A stretch of DNA of 64,000 nt from the NCBI GenBank assembly GCA_963664875.1, contig OY761611.1:3328001-3392000 (forward strand). Direction: 5' to 3'. The translations under genes and the position numbers were made by a program. The stretch comes from Candidatus Kapaibacterium sp. (GTDB lineage Bacteria > Bacteroidota > Ignavibacteria > Kapaibacteriales > UBA2268). Below, in pieces: positions 51,376 through 60,803 of this stretch (position 1 is its first letter; the number at the start of each line of letters is the position of its first letter). Below the pieces are notes generated by a model. It worked only from the letters and a program-made list of their open reading frames with translations. It was not told where the DNA came from and ran no database searches.

Positions 51376-52317
51376 ATGGAACGCGATGATGAAATAGCAG
51401 GATTGGGGAATAGCTTAAACTTTGGTGCAAGGCAGTATGATAGTCGGATTGCGAGGTGGTTTAGCCAAGATCCGATGAAGTTTAAATTTGCAAGTCTAAC
51501 TTCTTATCAAGCTCTTGGAAATAATCCAATTTTGTATGTAGATCCAACAGGGATGGAGCATTATGTAAATAATTTAGGCGAAATATTGGATGATAGGGAA
51601 GTAAATGATGCTGATGATCCATCTGTCTTTATGGTTGAAGGGGTAGGTGATAAAGAGACTGTGACTAAGTTAGGTGAAGTCGGTGCTACTATAGAAGTAT
51701 CAAAAATATTGACTAATCTTATGACCATAAATGCTGAAACTGCAAGAGAAAAAGTAGATGGAAATTACTGGACATTTTTCAATCTTGTAAGAACAGGTGC
51801 TCCATGGGATTATAAAAATAGAGATGATACGGTATTTGGATTTGGATATGATTCAGATGCAGAAAAGCTAACGGATACACGTTTTAGTTTTAGTCTTATT
51901 TTTGAAGAGAAAGATTTTGTTGAAAATGACTTAACTGCAGCAGATATTGGTAATTTTCACGCTGGCTTTGTAGGTAATCAAGCTGGTTTTAGTGATATAG
52001 ATTTATTTATAGGAGCTGGGCTGGCAGAGAGTTATAAAGATGCTAAAAAATTCGAACTTAAGTTTGCACAAGTGTACCAACTAATATTAGATGAAGCTCC
52101 TTATGGAGACGAGCAAAGGGATTATGAATTCAATCGAGACGGCATTTCAGATAGTCGTCATTGGTCGAAGCAAAATGGAATAAATATTCGAGAACAAACT
52201 TCTTGGGTAAAGATTATATGGGATGCTGGGAAGATACAAACAACTTCAATTGGTATTTTGCCCCCACATGTTGTATTTCAGATGTCATATTTTTATAACA
52301 CACTACTTGGGGATTAA
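51376..52317 (+). CDS. Orphan Rhs C-terminal toxin, Ntox44-like
   Basis: FGARQYDSRIARWFSQDP..NNPILYVDPTG core end; FFNLVRTGAPWDYK, GNFHAGFVG, GAG, PYGDEQRD. Confidence 0.8.
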   Translation: MERDDEIAGLGNSLNFGARQYDSRIARWFSQDPMKFKFASLTSYQALGNNPILYVDPTGMEHYVNNLGEILDDREVNDADDPSVFMVEGVGDKETVTKLGEVGATIEVSKILTNLMTINAETAREKVDGNYWTFFNLVRTGAPWDYKNRDDTVFGFGYDSDAEKLTDTRFSFSLIFEEKDFVENDLTAADIGNFHAGFVGNQAGFSDIDLFIGAGLAESYKDAKKFELKFAQVYQLILDEAPYGDEQRDYEFNRDGISDSRHWSKQNGINIREQTSWVKIIWDAGKIQTTSIGILPPHVVFQMSYFYNTLLGD

Positions 52318-52342
52318 TATTTTATTATATGGAATCCTAATT

Positions 52343-52771
52343 ATGAATAAGTCAATAATGCTGCTTTCTTTTATAATGTTGCTTGTGACTTGTATCGCGT
52401 GTGACGAAAGTCCGGGAGAGAAAGATATACTAATCAAAAAAATCAATCTTGAAGATAAAGATTTCAATATAGAATTTTATTTAGATAGATCCGGTGGGGT
52501 TTATGCAAGTGAATATTATCAAATCTTTAAAGCACACAATGATGGTACTTATGATTTAATATATAGTAAGAAATATAGGGATAGAGAAGTTCAAGTTGAA
52601 AGATATAGTGATAATGAGATTGTGGTATATGAGAAATTTAAAAAGATAGATTTTCGAAAAATTATCGATACACTAGCAAATGGTAAAATACTCTCTACTA
52701 GTGAATCAAAACTTATTGGTATCGAATATGATACTATATATATAGATTTAGATAGCTTTTGGGATTGGTAG
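52343..52771 (+). CDS. Putative cognate immunity lipoprotein
   Basis: Directly after the toxin; lipobox CIAC; start placed at MNKSIM. Confidence 0.65.
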   Translation: MNKSIMLLSFIMLLVTCIACDESPGEKDILIKKINLEDKDFNIEFYLDRSGGVYASEYYQIFKAHNDGTYDLIYSKKYRDREVQVERYSDNEIVVYEKFKKIDFRKIIDTLANGKILSTSESKLIGIEYDTIYIDLDSFWDW

Positions 52772-52784
52772 AGTATTTCAGTTA

Positions 52785-52950
52785 AACTTTAATTAAATAA
52801 GCATAAAAGAGACGGCTGGAAGCCTCGTATAAAAGTTCTTTCTAAAAATGACTACTACCCGTTTGGTATGATGATACCAGAAAATTACTATCAGGATAGC
52901 ACTACTAAAACTCGCTTCAAGGTCACTGAGCGTAGTCGAAGTGTAACGGA
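52785..52950 (+). repeat. Orphan Rhs-core homology segment 2, with the same 23-bp insert at 52921..52943
   Basis: GGTCACTGAGCGTAGTCGAAGTG at an identical position in DYYPFGM..TRFK. Confidence 0.8.
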
Positions 52951-53985
52951 ATGGAGCGAGATGATGAAATAGCAGGTTTTGGGAATGTATATAGCACTGC
53001 AAACAGGACTTATGATTCAAGAATTGCAAGGTGGTTTAGTGTAGATCCTGCAAGAAAGAAATATTTAAGTAAAAGTCCTTTTAATGCACTTGGAAATAAT
53101 CCAATAATGTATAAAGATCCTGGTGGAGATGATATTTATGTTTTTAATGAGACTTATGAAGTTCAGAAAGCCAGTAAAGAGGTTTATAAAGTTATCAATG
53201 GCGATTTGACCTTTGATTTACCAATTCCATACAAAATTATAAAAGCAGAGGGAGATCATCGCTATATTTGGGAAAATGGTTTTGATACAGGTAAAGATTT
53301 GAGAATACATTCTCCATACACGATTCATGGTGGAGATGGGAATGAGAATTATATGAAAGAAAATAAAATATCGTCAAATATAAGAAAACTGACTTCTCTA
53401 AATGGATTTATTAGAGATGAATTAGATGATATAATAGAACAGCAGAGTCATTGTTCAGTAGGTACTAAACTTCCAACTATACATAATTATACTATAGCTA
53501 TACTTAATTTTGCATCTGAATCTAGGGGAGGTCATGAATTAGATTTTAAAGAAAAGATTCCCGCTATGTCTCCCAAAAAAACAACAGATGGGATGGGGAC
53601 TTTATATGAAATTGGTGGTACATATTATAATAAAAACGAGGCAGGGAATTTTCTATTTGGTTATGCCGCAGCAAAGTTAGGTTTTGGCTTAGGCTTTGTA
53701 AAAATTGGTGGTGAATTATATGTAGATTTAGAGAGAATAAAGAATGGAACCGGAATGGAATTCGATGAACCTTGGGAAGTAGCTGCTGTTGTTAAAGGAT
53801 ATGCTTTTTACAAGTTAAAAATGTTAGGAGAGAAAAATATGAACAATAGCGCTTATCAAGAATATCTAGAACTTTATAATAATGCTAGTAATCGCATAGA
53901 TTATTATGAAGGAAATTTGGAGACGAGTGATGTAGAAATAGTCGACACAGATGAAAATAGGGGAGAAACGGATGGAGAAAATTAG
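52951..53985 (+). CDS. Orphan Rhs C-terminal toxin (divergent Ntox44-like)
   Basis: RTYDSRIARWFSVDP..NNPIMYKDPGG; LDFKEK, AGNFLFGYAAAKLG, FDEPWE. Confidence 0.75.
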   Translation: MERDDEIAGFGNVYSTANRTYDSRIARWFSVDPARKKYLSKSPFNALGNNPIMYKDPGGDDIYVFNETYEVQKASKEVYKVINGDLTFDLPIPYKIIKAEGDHRYIWENGFDTGKDLRIHSPYTIHGGDGNENYMKENKISSNIRKLTSLNGFIRDELDDIIEQQSHCSVGTKLPTIHNYTIAILNFASESRGGHELDFKEKIPAMSPKKTTDGMGTLYEIGGTYYNKNEAGNFLFGYAAAKLGFGLGFVKIGGELYVDLERIKNGTGMEFDEPWEVAAVVKGYAFYKLKMLGEKNMNNSAYQEYLELYNNASNRIDYYEGNLETSDVEIVDTDENRGETDGEN

Positions 53986-54592
53986 AAAAACTGTAGTAAT
54001 TACTAGTGTAATTGTTTTATTGTGTTTACAATCTTGTGACTATAGAGTTAATAGCTTGGAAAATGATCTTCGAAGTATAAGATCTTTACAAAACTATTTA
54101 AAACAAATTGTTGATGACAATGATATTATGAGTGTTTATTGTTATTACGACAACTTAGACAATACTATTCAATTTAGCATGTTCGATACTGTTATTTATC
54201 ATGATATTGAATTTACAAACATAGAATACATTGATAAATACAATATGCATATTCATAATAAATATATTAAGATTGATTCTTTGTACAGTCTCGTAAGAAT
54301 TTGCAATATGCTATATAGTAAATATAGAATCAATAAATTTCAATATATCGATTATTATCATGAATTTAATAATGATAGTTTTCATTATAGACAAAAACAG
54401 TATCCATCGGTAAATAGAGAGTTGACTCCGGATGAAATGTTTAATATATCATCATTTGTTGAATTAAAAACTGATGTTTATAAGTTTATGTCTGCGTATA
54501 AATTTGTTGATACACATAAGGAAGATTTAGGAAATATTGGTGTGTCTGAAGTTGGAGAGGAAATCTTTCTATATTATGAAAGATATCAGTAA
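53972..54592 (+). CDS. Putative cognate immunity lipoprotein
   Basis: Overlaps the toxin stop; lipobox LQSC. Confidence 0.65.
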   Translation: MEKIRKTVVITSVIVLLCLQSCDYRVNSLENDLRSIRSLQNYLKQIVDDNDIMSVYCYYDNLDNTIQFSMFDTVIYHDIEFTNIEYIDKYNMHIHNKYIKIDSLYSLVRICNMLYSKYRINKFQYIDYYHEFNNDSFHYRQKQYPSVNRELTPDEMFNISSFVELKTDVYKFMSAYKFVDTHKEDLGNIGVSEVGEEIFLYYERYQ

Positions 54593-54670
54593 TGGAAGAA
54601 TTGAAATAATATGTTTTCTGGAATTAAAACAACTAATCCTTAGCTTTTGGTATTGGTTTTGTATTTTAAT

Positions 54671-54875
54671 AAACCTTTAATTATTTAAGCATAAAAGAGA
54701 CGGCTTGAAGCCGCGTCTAAAAGTTCTTTCAAGAAATAACTACTATTTATTTGGTATGATGAGACCTGAAAATTACTATCAGGATAACACGACTAAAACC
54801 CGCTTCGGATTCAATGGTATGGAAAGGGAAGATGAAATTGCGGGGCTGGGGAATAGCTATCATGCCAAGTAGTAG
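54671..54875 (+). pseudogene. Third Rhs-core remnant without toxin
   Basis: ..TKTRFGFNGMEREDEIAGLGNSYHAK followed by TAG TAG; lacks the REP-like insert. Confidence 0.75.
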
Positions 54876-54923
54876 TCTCACAATTAGTGAATATATGAAT
54901 TATTTTATTTAAAGGAATACGTT

Positions 54924-55832
54924 TTGAAAAAACTACTTTTACTAATTAGCATAAGCATCCTTGCCTTCGGGTGCAGGTCAAAACTGTTAGAAGGCGAGAT
55001 TTTGGAAGCCTATAAGCTAGATTTAAATGATAATACAGCTATCTCCCCTCACCCATTAAAGATGGAAATGGGGCTTGAGCTATGGGATTTAAGACTTGAC
55101 TTATACAGAAAGGAATATACCAGAAAGAAACCGGGAGATGACACTCCTTTAGATCTAAGACCGACAGATCGTATGACTAACATGGCTATAGGTCTTCATC
55201 TGGGTAACGGACTTTTTGTAGATTGTAATGAAGTCGTGGGAGTAGATATACTTGATTTCTACGATGTAGATGCAGAAAAGACAGACATTGTAATTCAGTT
55301 CCCAACTGCAGAAGAAAAGATTCAGAGAAGAATAGTTAAAGAGGATGATTTTATCGTTGGCTATTATTCCAATGAAGAAGAAGCTGAACGCACATACAAA
55401 TTTTACAAAGATAGTGTCAGATCTTACTATAGTGACAGAGGATCATTTGTTACCTATGTAATGACAGACCAGTCTTATAGATTAAACACAAGCATGGGTT
55501 ATGCACTAGTGAAAAAGGGAGAGCATAAGTACGAGAAAGAAGCAGGCATGTTTTTCAAGAACAGAGATTTTGAGAGGCTAGCACCCGATACCTTGCAGTT
55601 TGAAGAAACAATGGTAATCCGCACAGATAAAGAAATTCAAATATTGGAAGATGATCCGAGAGAATTAGACGACGGCAGCTACGTTGTAGATAAGCACCTA
55701 ATTATCAAAAAAGACGGTTTCGTATGCTACGACTACAAAGGAGAATGCTTTAGATCCAACAGAGTAGCAGATACGATATTTGTACATAGAAATCACGAAC
55801 TTACAATGAAGATGCAGCTGGTGAAGAGGTAA
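54924..55832 (+). CDS. Hypothetical lipoprotein
   Basis: TTG start, lipobox AFGC, 302 aa. Confidence 0.7.
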   Translation: MKKLLLLISISILAFGCRSKLLEGEILEAYKLDLNDNTAISPHPLKMEMGLELWDLRLDLYRKEYTRKKPGDDTPLDLRPTDRMTNMAIGLHLGNGLFVDCNEVVGVDILDFYDVDAEKTDIVIQFPTAEEKIQRRIVKEDDFIVGYYSNEEEAERTYKFYKDSVRSYYSDRGSFVTYVMTDQSYRLNTSMGYALVKKGEHKYEKEAGMFFKNRDFERLAPDTLQFEETMVIRTDKEIQILEDDPRELDDGSYVVDKHLIIKKDGFVCYDYKGECFRSNRVADTIFVHRNHELTMKMQLVKR

Positions 55833-55916
55833 ATTCCTCCCACATTTCCTTTCAATATCTACACATCATTTAACCTTTATTCTTATATTGCAGTATCAAA
55901 TTAAGGAGAACTCGTT

Positions 55917-56501
55917 ATGAAATATTTGATACTGCTGTTTTGCTTGGTCAGCTTTGCTGCGGACTCTGTTATCATCGACAGCAAGCTAAGCAAAGACGAA
56001 GCTCTGATGGGGACAAAGGCACCTCAGAAGGTGATAGATCATATCCGACTTATTGAAGTGGAATACTACTCTATGGACGGCAAGTTGCACAAAGGACAGC
56101 TTCAGGTGCATAAAGATGTGGTAAGCGATGTGCAGTCTGTCTTTAGTCTGATGCGTCAAATCAAGTTCCCTGTAAACAAAGTTATTCCTATGGTAAAATA
56201 CGGCTGGTCGGATGATAAATCAATGGATGATAATAACACTTCATCTTTCAATTTCCGATATATTGCCGGCACTACCCGAATGTCAAAGCATGCAGAAGGG
56301 CTTGCGATTGATATTAATCCGTTTTTAAACCCGGTGATTTATGCAGACGGTAAAATTTCTCCAAGCGGAGCCAAGCGCGATGTAAATATTGCAGGCACTT
56401 TCCACTCCGAACATCCCGTAGTCAAAAAGTTTAAAGAACTTGGCTGGAAATGGGGTGGCGACTTCAATTCATTCAAAGATTATCATCATTTTGCTAAATA
56501 G
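55917..56501 (+). CDS. M15 family peptidase (D-Ala-D-Ala / L-Ala-D-Glu carboxypeptidase-like)
   Basis: NNTSSFNFR, SKHAEGLAIDINP, WGGDF..DYHHF. Confidence 0.9.
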   Translation: MKYLILLFCLVSFAADSVIIDSKLSKDEALMGTKAPQKVIDHIRLIEVEYYSMDGKLHKGQLQVHKDVVSDVQSVFSLMRQIKFPVNKVIPMVKYGWSDDKSMDDNNTSSFNFRYIAGTTRMSKHAEGLAIDINPFLNPVIYADGKISPSGAKRDVNIAGTFHSEHPVVKKFKELGWKWGGDFNSFKDYHHFAK

Positions 56502-56503
56502 AT

Positions 56504-57097
56504 ATGAAAAAACTTAGATTAGGATTTTTAGCTTCACATGGCGGAAGCAATATGCAGGCTATCGTAAATGCAATCAAAGCCGGGAAATTAGATGCCGAAG
56601 CTGCAGTTGTTATATCAAACAATTCGCACTCCGGAGCTTTAGAAAAAGCCAACAGCGAGGGGATACCGCACTTTCACATCAGCGGCAAAACTCACGGTGA
56701 GAAAGAAGCTGAAACAATATGCAATATTCTGAAAGAGCATAAAGTTGACCTTGTAATACTCGCAGGCTATATGAAAAAAATCGGAGAGGAAGTGCTTTCT
56801 GAATATAAGGGAAGAATTTTAAATATTCACCCGGCACTCCTGCCAAAACATGGTGGGGCAGGAATGTACGGCATGAATGTGCATACTGCGGTTATAGCAG
56901 CAAAAGAAACAGAAAGCGGCCTAACAGTCCATCTGATTGATGAACATTACGACCGGGGGCGAATTCTTGCCCAAACAAAAGTTCCTGTATTACCTGAGGA
57001 CACACCCGAAACGCTTGCGGAAAGAGTCCTTAGAGCCGAGCATATAATTTATGCGGAAACTATACAAAAAATTGCTACCGGTGAGATTGAGCTTTAG
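56504..57097 (+). CDS. purN: Phosphoribosylglycinamide formyltransferase
   Basis: ASHGGSNMQA, LAGYM, LNIHPALLP, VH..DEHYD.G. Confidence 0.95.
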   Translation: MKKLRLGFLASHGGSNMQAIVNAIKAGKLDAEAAVVISNNSHSGALEKANSEGIPHFHISGKTHGEKEAETICNILKEHKVDLVILAGYMKKIGEEVLSEYKGRILNIHPALLPKHGGAGMYGMNVHTAVIAAKETESGLTVHLIDEHYDRGRILAQTKVPVLPEDTPETLAERVLRAEHIIYAETIQKIATGEIEL

Positions 57098-57132
57098 GTA
57101 TTGATAGATATATCGTTATCATAAATATATAC

Positions 57133-57161
57133 AGCCGCAGGGTTAATCCTACGGCTTTTTT
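57133..57161 (+). terminator. Intrinsic terminator
   Basis: AGCCGCAGG..CCTACGGCT hairpin followed by T-run. Confidence 0.75.
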
Positions 57162-57263
57162 ATATGTATTTGTATAGGAAATATGTCTATATAGTAGAAT
57201 TATCGCAGTATTTACAATATACAATACTGATATATAAAGTGATTATTTTACACAACTAACTCG

Positions 57264-57309
57264 ACTTTTAGGGAGTATAATCCCCAAAAGTCTAAACTTT
57301 TGGGGATTA
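57264..57309. repeat. 46-bp dyad-containing direct repeat (left)
   Basis: ACTTTTAGGGAGTATAATCCCCAAAAGT-CTAA-ACTTTTGGGGATTA; matches 58583..58628 except for the inverted 4-nt centre. Confidence 0.9.
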
Positions 57310-57340
57310 CAATCACATATAGTAAAGTAAATTAGGGGAT

Positions 57341-58492
57341 TTATTCTCCACTCTCTTCGAAATAATCTATTTCAGTAAGGAAGCGAAGGTAATTTCCTTT
57401 ATTGATAATAGCTACTTTTGCATCCGGGTAAGCGTCTATAAATGCAGACGTAACTCTGCCTTGATTTTCTCTATATTTGAACTCAAATGCATAAAGCATT
57501 CCATCACGTTCTTCAATATAATCTACCTCGCTGCCGCTTTTAGTTCTCCAAAAATAAGCAGAATAGTGGATGTTTGAGTTGTTGAGTAGTTTCATCCTTT
57601 CGACAATGAGATAGTTTTCCCACAAAGCACCCCGGTCATTTCTCATAGGTATAATTTTGAAATCATTGATAATTGCATTTCGTATTCCATTGTCGTAGAA
57701 ATATATTTTATTGCTTTTCCTAAGTTCACTTCGAGCATTGTTAGAGTATGAAGGCAACTCAAAAATCACGAATGCCTGCCGTAGCAAATCAATATACCTG
57801 ACAACTGTTTTTTTGTCAATACCTATCAAATTTGCAAGCTCGTTGTAAGAAACCAAATTGCCAAGCTGAAAAGCAATTGCTTTGACTAATCTATCTAGGA
57901 ATTCAGGTTTACGTAAGTCATTTAGCATAAAAATATCTTTGAAAAGATATGAAGAAGCAATCTCTAAAAGTATTTCAACCTCATCTCCCGGACTAATGAC
58001 TACTTCCGGGTATGAGCCATAGACTAATCTATGCTCTCTTCGCCTTATCTCTTCAAATGTAGAATGGTGCTCAGACAATTCGGCAAATGACATAGGTAGC
58101 ATGAAAAACTCAAACTTCCTGCCGGTCATTGATTCTTTGATTTTGTCATTAATCTCCAAAGAAGAAGATCCTGTAATCAAAATGGCTTTTTCCGGAAAGT
58201 TGTCAACGAGTAATTTAACTGTTACGCCTATGTTTTCAATCCTTTGAGCCTCATCAATAGCAATTAAATCATGATTAGCAATGATAGACTGCAGAGTAGA
58301 AGAGTTTGCATTTTGTAGCATCACCCTTACATCAGGCTCGTCGCAGTTCAAATATAAAGCACTATCGTACCTGTTGCGAGCGATCTGTCTAACTAATGTC
58401 GTTTTTCCGACCTGCCTGGCACCAAGTATAATTATTGCTCTTCTCGAATTCAATTTGCGAACTATGATATTTTCCATATTACGGTTAATCAT
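57341..58492 (-). CDS. AAA_14 ATPase with wHTH and DUF4143 PD-(D/E)xK-like C-terminal domain
   Basis: GARQVGKTT, IDEAQ, TGSSS, GSYPE, KIYFYDNGI, YFWRT..EVDYI..AFEFK. Confidence 0.9.
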   Translation of the reverse strand: MINRNMENIIVRKLNSRRAIIILGARQVGKTTLVRQIARNRYDSALYLNCDEPDVRVMLQNANSSTLQSIIANHDLIAIDEAQRIENIGVTVKLLVDNFPEKAILITGSSSLEINDKIKESMTGRKFEFFMLPMSFAELSEHHSTFEEIRRREHRLVYGSYPEVVISPGDEVEILLEIASSYLFKDIFMLNDLRKPEFLDRLVKAIAFQLGNLVSYNELANLIGIDKKTVVRYIDLLRQAFVIFELPSYSNNARSELRKSNKIYFYDNGIRNAIINDFKIIPMRNDRGALWENYLIVERMKLLNNSNIHYSAYFWRTKSGSEVDYIEERDGMLYAFEFKYRENQGRVTSAFIDAYPDAKVAIINKGNYLRFLTEIDYFEESGE

Positions 58493-58562
58493 AAACAGCT
58501 CCGATGTTAATTTTCCAAGACTATTATACCAATAATTTTACTAAGAAGCAAATATAAAAGAC

Positions 58563-58629
58563 TATACTCCCTAAAAGTCTAAACTTTTAGGGAGTATAAT
58601 CCCCAAAAGTTTAGACTTTTGGGGATTAT
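58563..58629. repeat. Two overlapping dyads upstream of the ATPase, including the right 46-bp repeat
   Basis: TATACTCCCTAAAAGT-CTAA-ACTTTTAGGGAGTATA and ATAATCCCCAAAAGT-TTAG-ACTTTTGGGGATTAT. Confidence 0.9.
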
Positions 58630-58688
58630 GTCCTAAAATTAAGTGAATTGAAGTCAATATATGAAGTTATTTAATATTGGAACTGTTT

Positions 58689-60500
58689 CTATGGCACTTG
58701 AGGGAGTATAGCTATTGGGAGTTTGATTGTAAAAGTACTACCTTCATTTGGTTTACTTTGTACGGAAATTTCTCCACCACATTTCTCGACAAGCTCTTTG
58801 CAAAGAATTAAACCTAAACCTGAGCTTGACTCGCCATTTGTTCCTAATCTTGAGGTTGATTCTGACACAGAAAATAGTTTACCAATTAGTTCTTCGCTCA
58901 TACCTATACCCGAATCTTTTATGGAAAGAGCAACAAACTTGCCTTGTATAGAAGAAGAGATTTCAATATTGCCTCCATTAGGAGTAAATTTCACTGCATT
59001 CGAAAGGATATTCCTGACAATACCGTTGCACATGTTGTTGTCTGATTCTATAAAAGTATTTTCCGGCACTAAATTAGTTACATTGATACTTTTGGAATCA
59101 ATTTTCGGTTCCAATAGAGCTATGTTATAAGATATCAGTTCACTAAGAATAATTGTATCAGGAGTGAAAGGAACGATGTCTCGTTGCATACGTGACCATT
59201 CTAAAAGATTTTCAAGCAAATCATATACTTTAGTAGCACTTTGTTTGAGAAGACTTGAAATTTCAATAATTTCATCATTTTCAGTAGCAACTGATTCGTT
59301 GACCAAAATTTCGGAGAGCCCTAAAAAGCCTGAGAATGGGCTTCTAAGGTCATGAGCTATAATAGAAAAGAACTTATCCTTTTCTTTTATTGATACTTCC
59401 AATTTGTTATTGGTCTCAATAAGGTGATTGCTTGTTTGAATAAGTTTTTTATTAAGTTCATCTGTTTTTATCTTTGAAGCTATAAACATTCCTATAAAAA
59501 ACAACAAAATAGCAGCTACTATCATGCTTACGATTAGAAATGCGTTGTTGTTATAAATTAATTGACTCAATGTCTCATCTCTCGAATAAGAAATGATGTA
59601 GGCTACAGGTATATTTTCTACATTTTTGATGTTTACAAAAGAAACTATGTAAGTGTCTTCTCCTATTTTGGCATATTTTGAAAAATCTTTGTTTGCATTT
59701 ACTAATGTTCCGATTTCATCTTTGATTTTTTCGTTGATAAGCGATATCACCTCAAGAGATTCTTCTCCTATATGATTGTATTTGTTTTCTAAGAGAAAAT
59801 CTTCTGAAATTGGGCAAGCAATATAATTTGAAAGTTCATCATCAAATACTTTTGATTCGACTATATCTTTTTTGATCATCATACATGAATATTTGATGCC
59901 CAGTTGATTCAGGTTTTTGCCTATACCTTCGAAGGAAAAGCTTGTCTCCACGCTACCTAAATGGTCCCCATTATACAACAATGGGAATACATAGCGAAAG
60001 CCGTTAAAAATTCTGCCCTCTTCAAACCCGATTGTTTCTTTTTTAGTTTCGTTGGTTTTCTTTACTGTATATCTTACGTTTGTCAAATTATCACCAAACT
60101 TTTCTGGTCTGTGGAATCTTAGAAAACTTGTATTATCCGGAAGATGGAAGTGTAGCTGTTTGATGTCAATCTTTCTTAAATTTTGATATGTTCTTTCAAG
60201 TAATAGCAGTAGGCTATCTCTTACATTTTGTTGTACAGTGCTATCTTTCGAAGAAGCTTTTTGATATAATGATAGTATTTTATCATTGTTTACTATTTCT
60301 GTAAAAATTGAATAGCTCACCAGATTAAATGAATTTATCGTGGAAGATATTTTGACTTGCAATTCTTTAGCTTTTGTATCCAAGTAGCCATTATAAGTTC
60401 TTTGATTCGAGTCATTAACAGCTAAATAAAGAAGCAATTCAGTTGCTAAAATTGAAAAAAAGAGTATTATTAGGAATTTTATTTTTTGTGACGAATTCAT
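58689..60500 (-). CDS. Sensor histidine kinase with periplasmic Cache-like domain
   Basis: LHFHLPD..SFLRFH, AHDLRSPF, NAVKFT, SSGLGL; start placed at MNSSQK after GAGAGG. Confidence 0.92.
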   Translation of the reverse strand: MNSSQKIKFLIILFFSILATELLLYLAVNDSNQRTYNGYLDTKAKELQVKISSTINSFNLVSYSIFTEIVNNDKILSLYQKASSKDSTVQQNVRDSLLLLLERTYQNLRKIDIKQLHFHLPDNTSFLRFHRPEKFGDNLTNVRYTVKKTNETKKETIGFEEGRIFNGFRYVFPLLYNGDHLGSVETSFSFEGIGKNLNQLGIKYSCMMIKKDIVESKVFDDELSNYIACPISEDFLLENKYNHIGEESLEVISLINEKIKDEIGTLVNANKDFSKYAKIGEDTYIVSFVNIKNVENIPVAYIISYSRDETLSQLIYNNNAFLIVSMIVAAILLFFIGMFIASKIKTDELNKKLIQTSNHLIETNNKLEVSIKEKDKFFSIIAHDLRSPFSGFLGLSEILVNESVATENDEIIEISSLLKQSATKVYDLLENLLEWSRMQRDIVPFTPDTIILSELISYNIALLEPKIDSKSINVTNLVPENTFIESDNNMCNGIVRNILSNAVKFTPNGGNIEISSSIQGKFVALSIKDSGIGMSEELIGKLFSVSESTSRLGTNGESSSGLGLILCKELVEKCGGEISVQSKPNEGSTFTIKLPIAILPQVP

Positions 60501-60803
60501 ATAACCTCTCGCAAGCATTATGTGTGTCGAGCAGTATTTATATAGTAAAAAGAATAATTGAGAACTTAAAATACATTCAATATAAAGGCATAACATATAG
60601 TGTTTTGTGCAAACACAATTCATTTCACAGGTACAGCATTATGGCAATGTAGTGCTTGAAAATTAAATGCTTGACTAACATTCCAAACTATATCTGTAAT
60701 CAAATATGTTCAGTTTTTTTAACTTCCTAAAATCAAAAATAATTCGAGATTTTAGATACAGCAATATAAAATATATACCGGATGTAATATCTTCTATGGA
60801 AAT

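Noticed and set aside
55917-56501. Phage endolysin or van resistance gene
   Set aside because: Signal-bearing M15 peptidase in an operon with purN, without phage or van context
57264-58629. CRISPR array
   Set aside because: Only two to three dyads, no regular unique spacers, no cas genes
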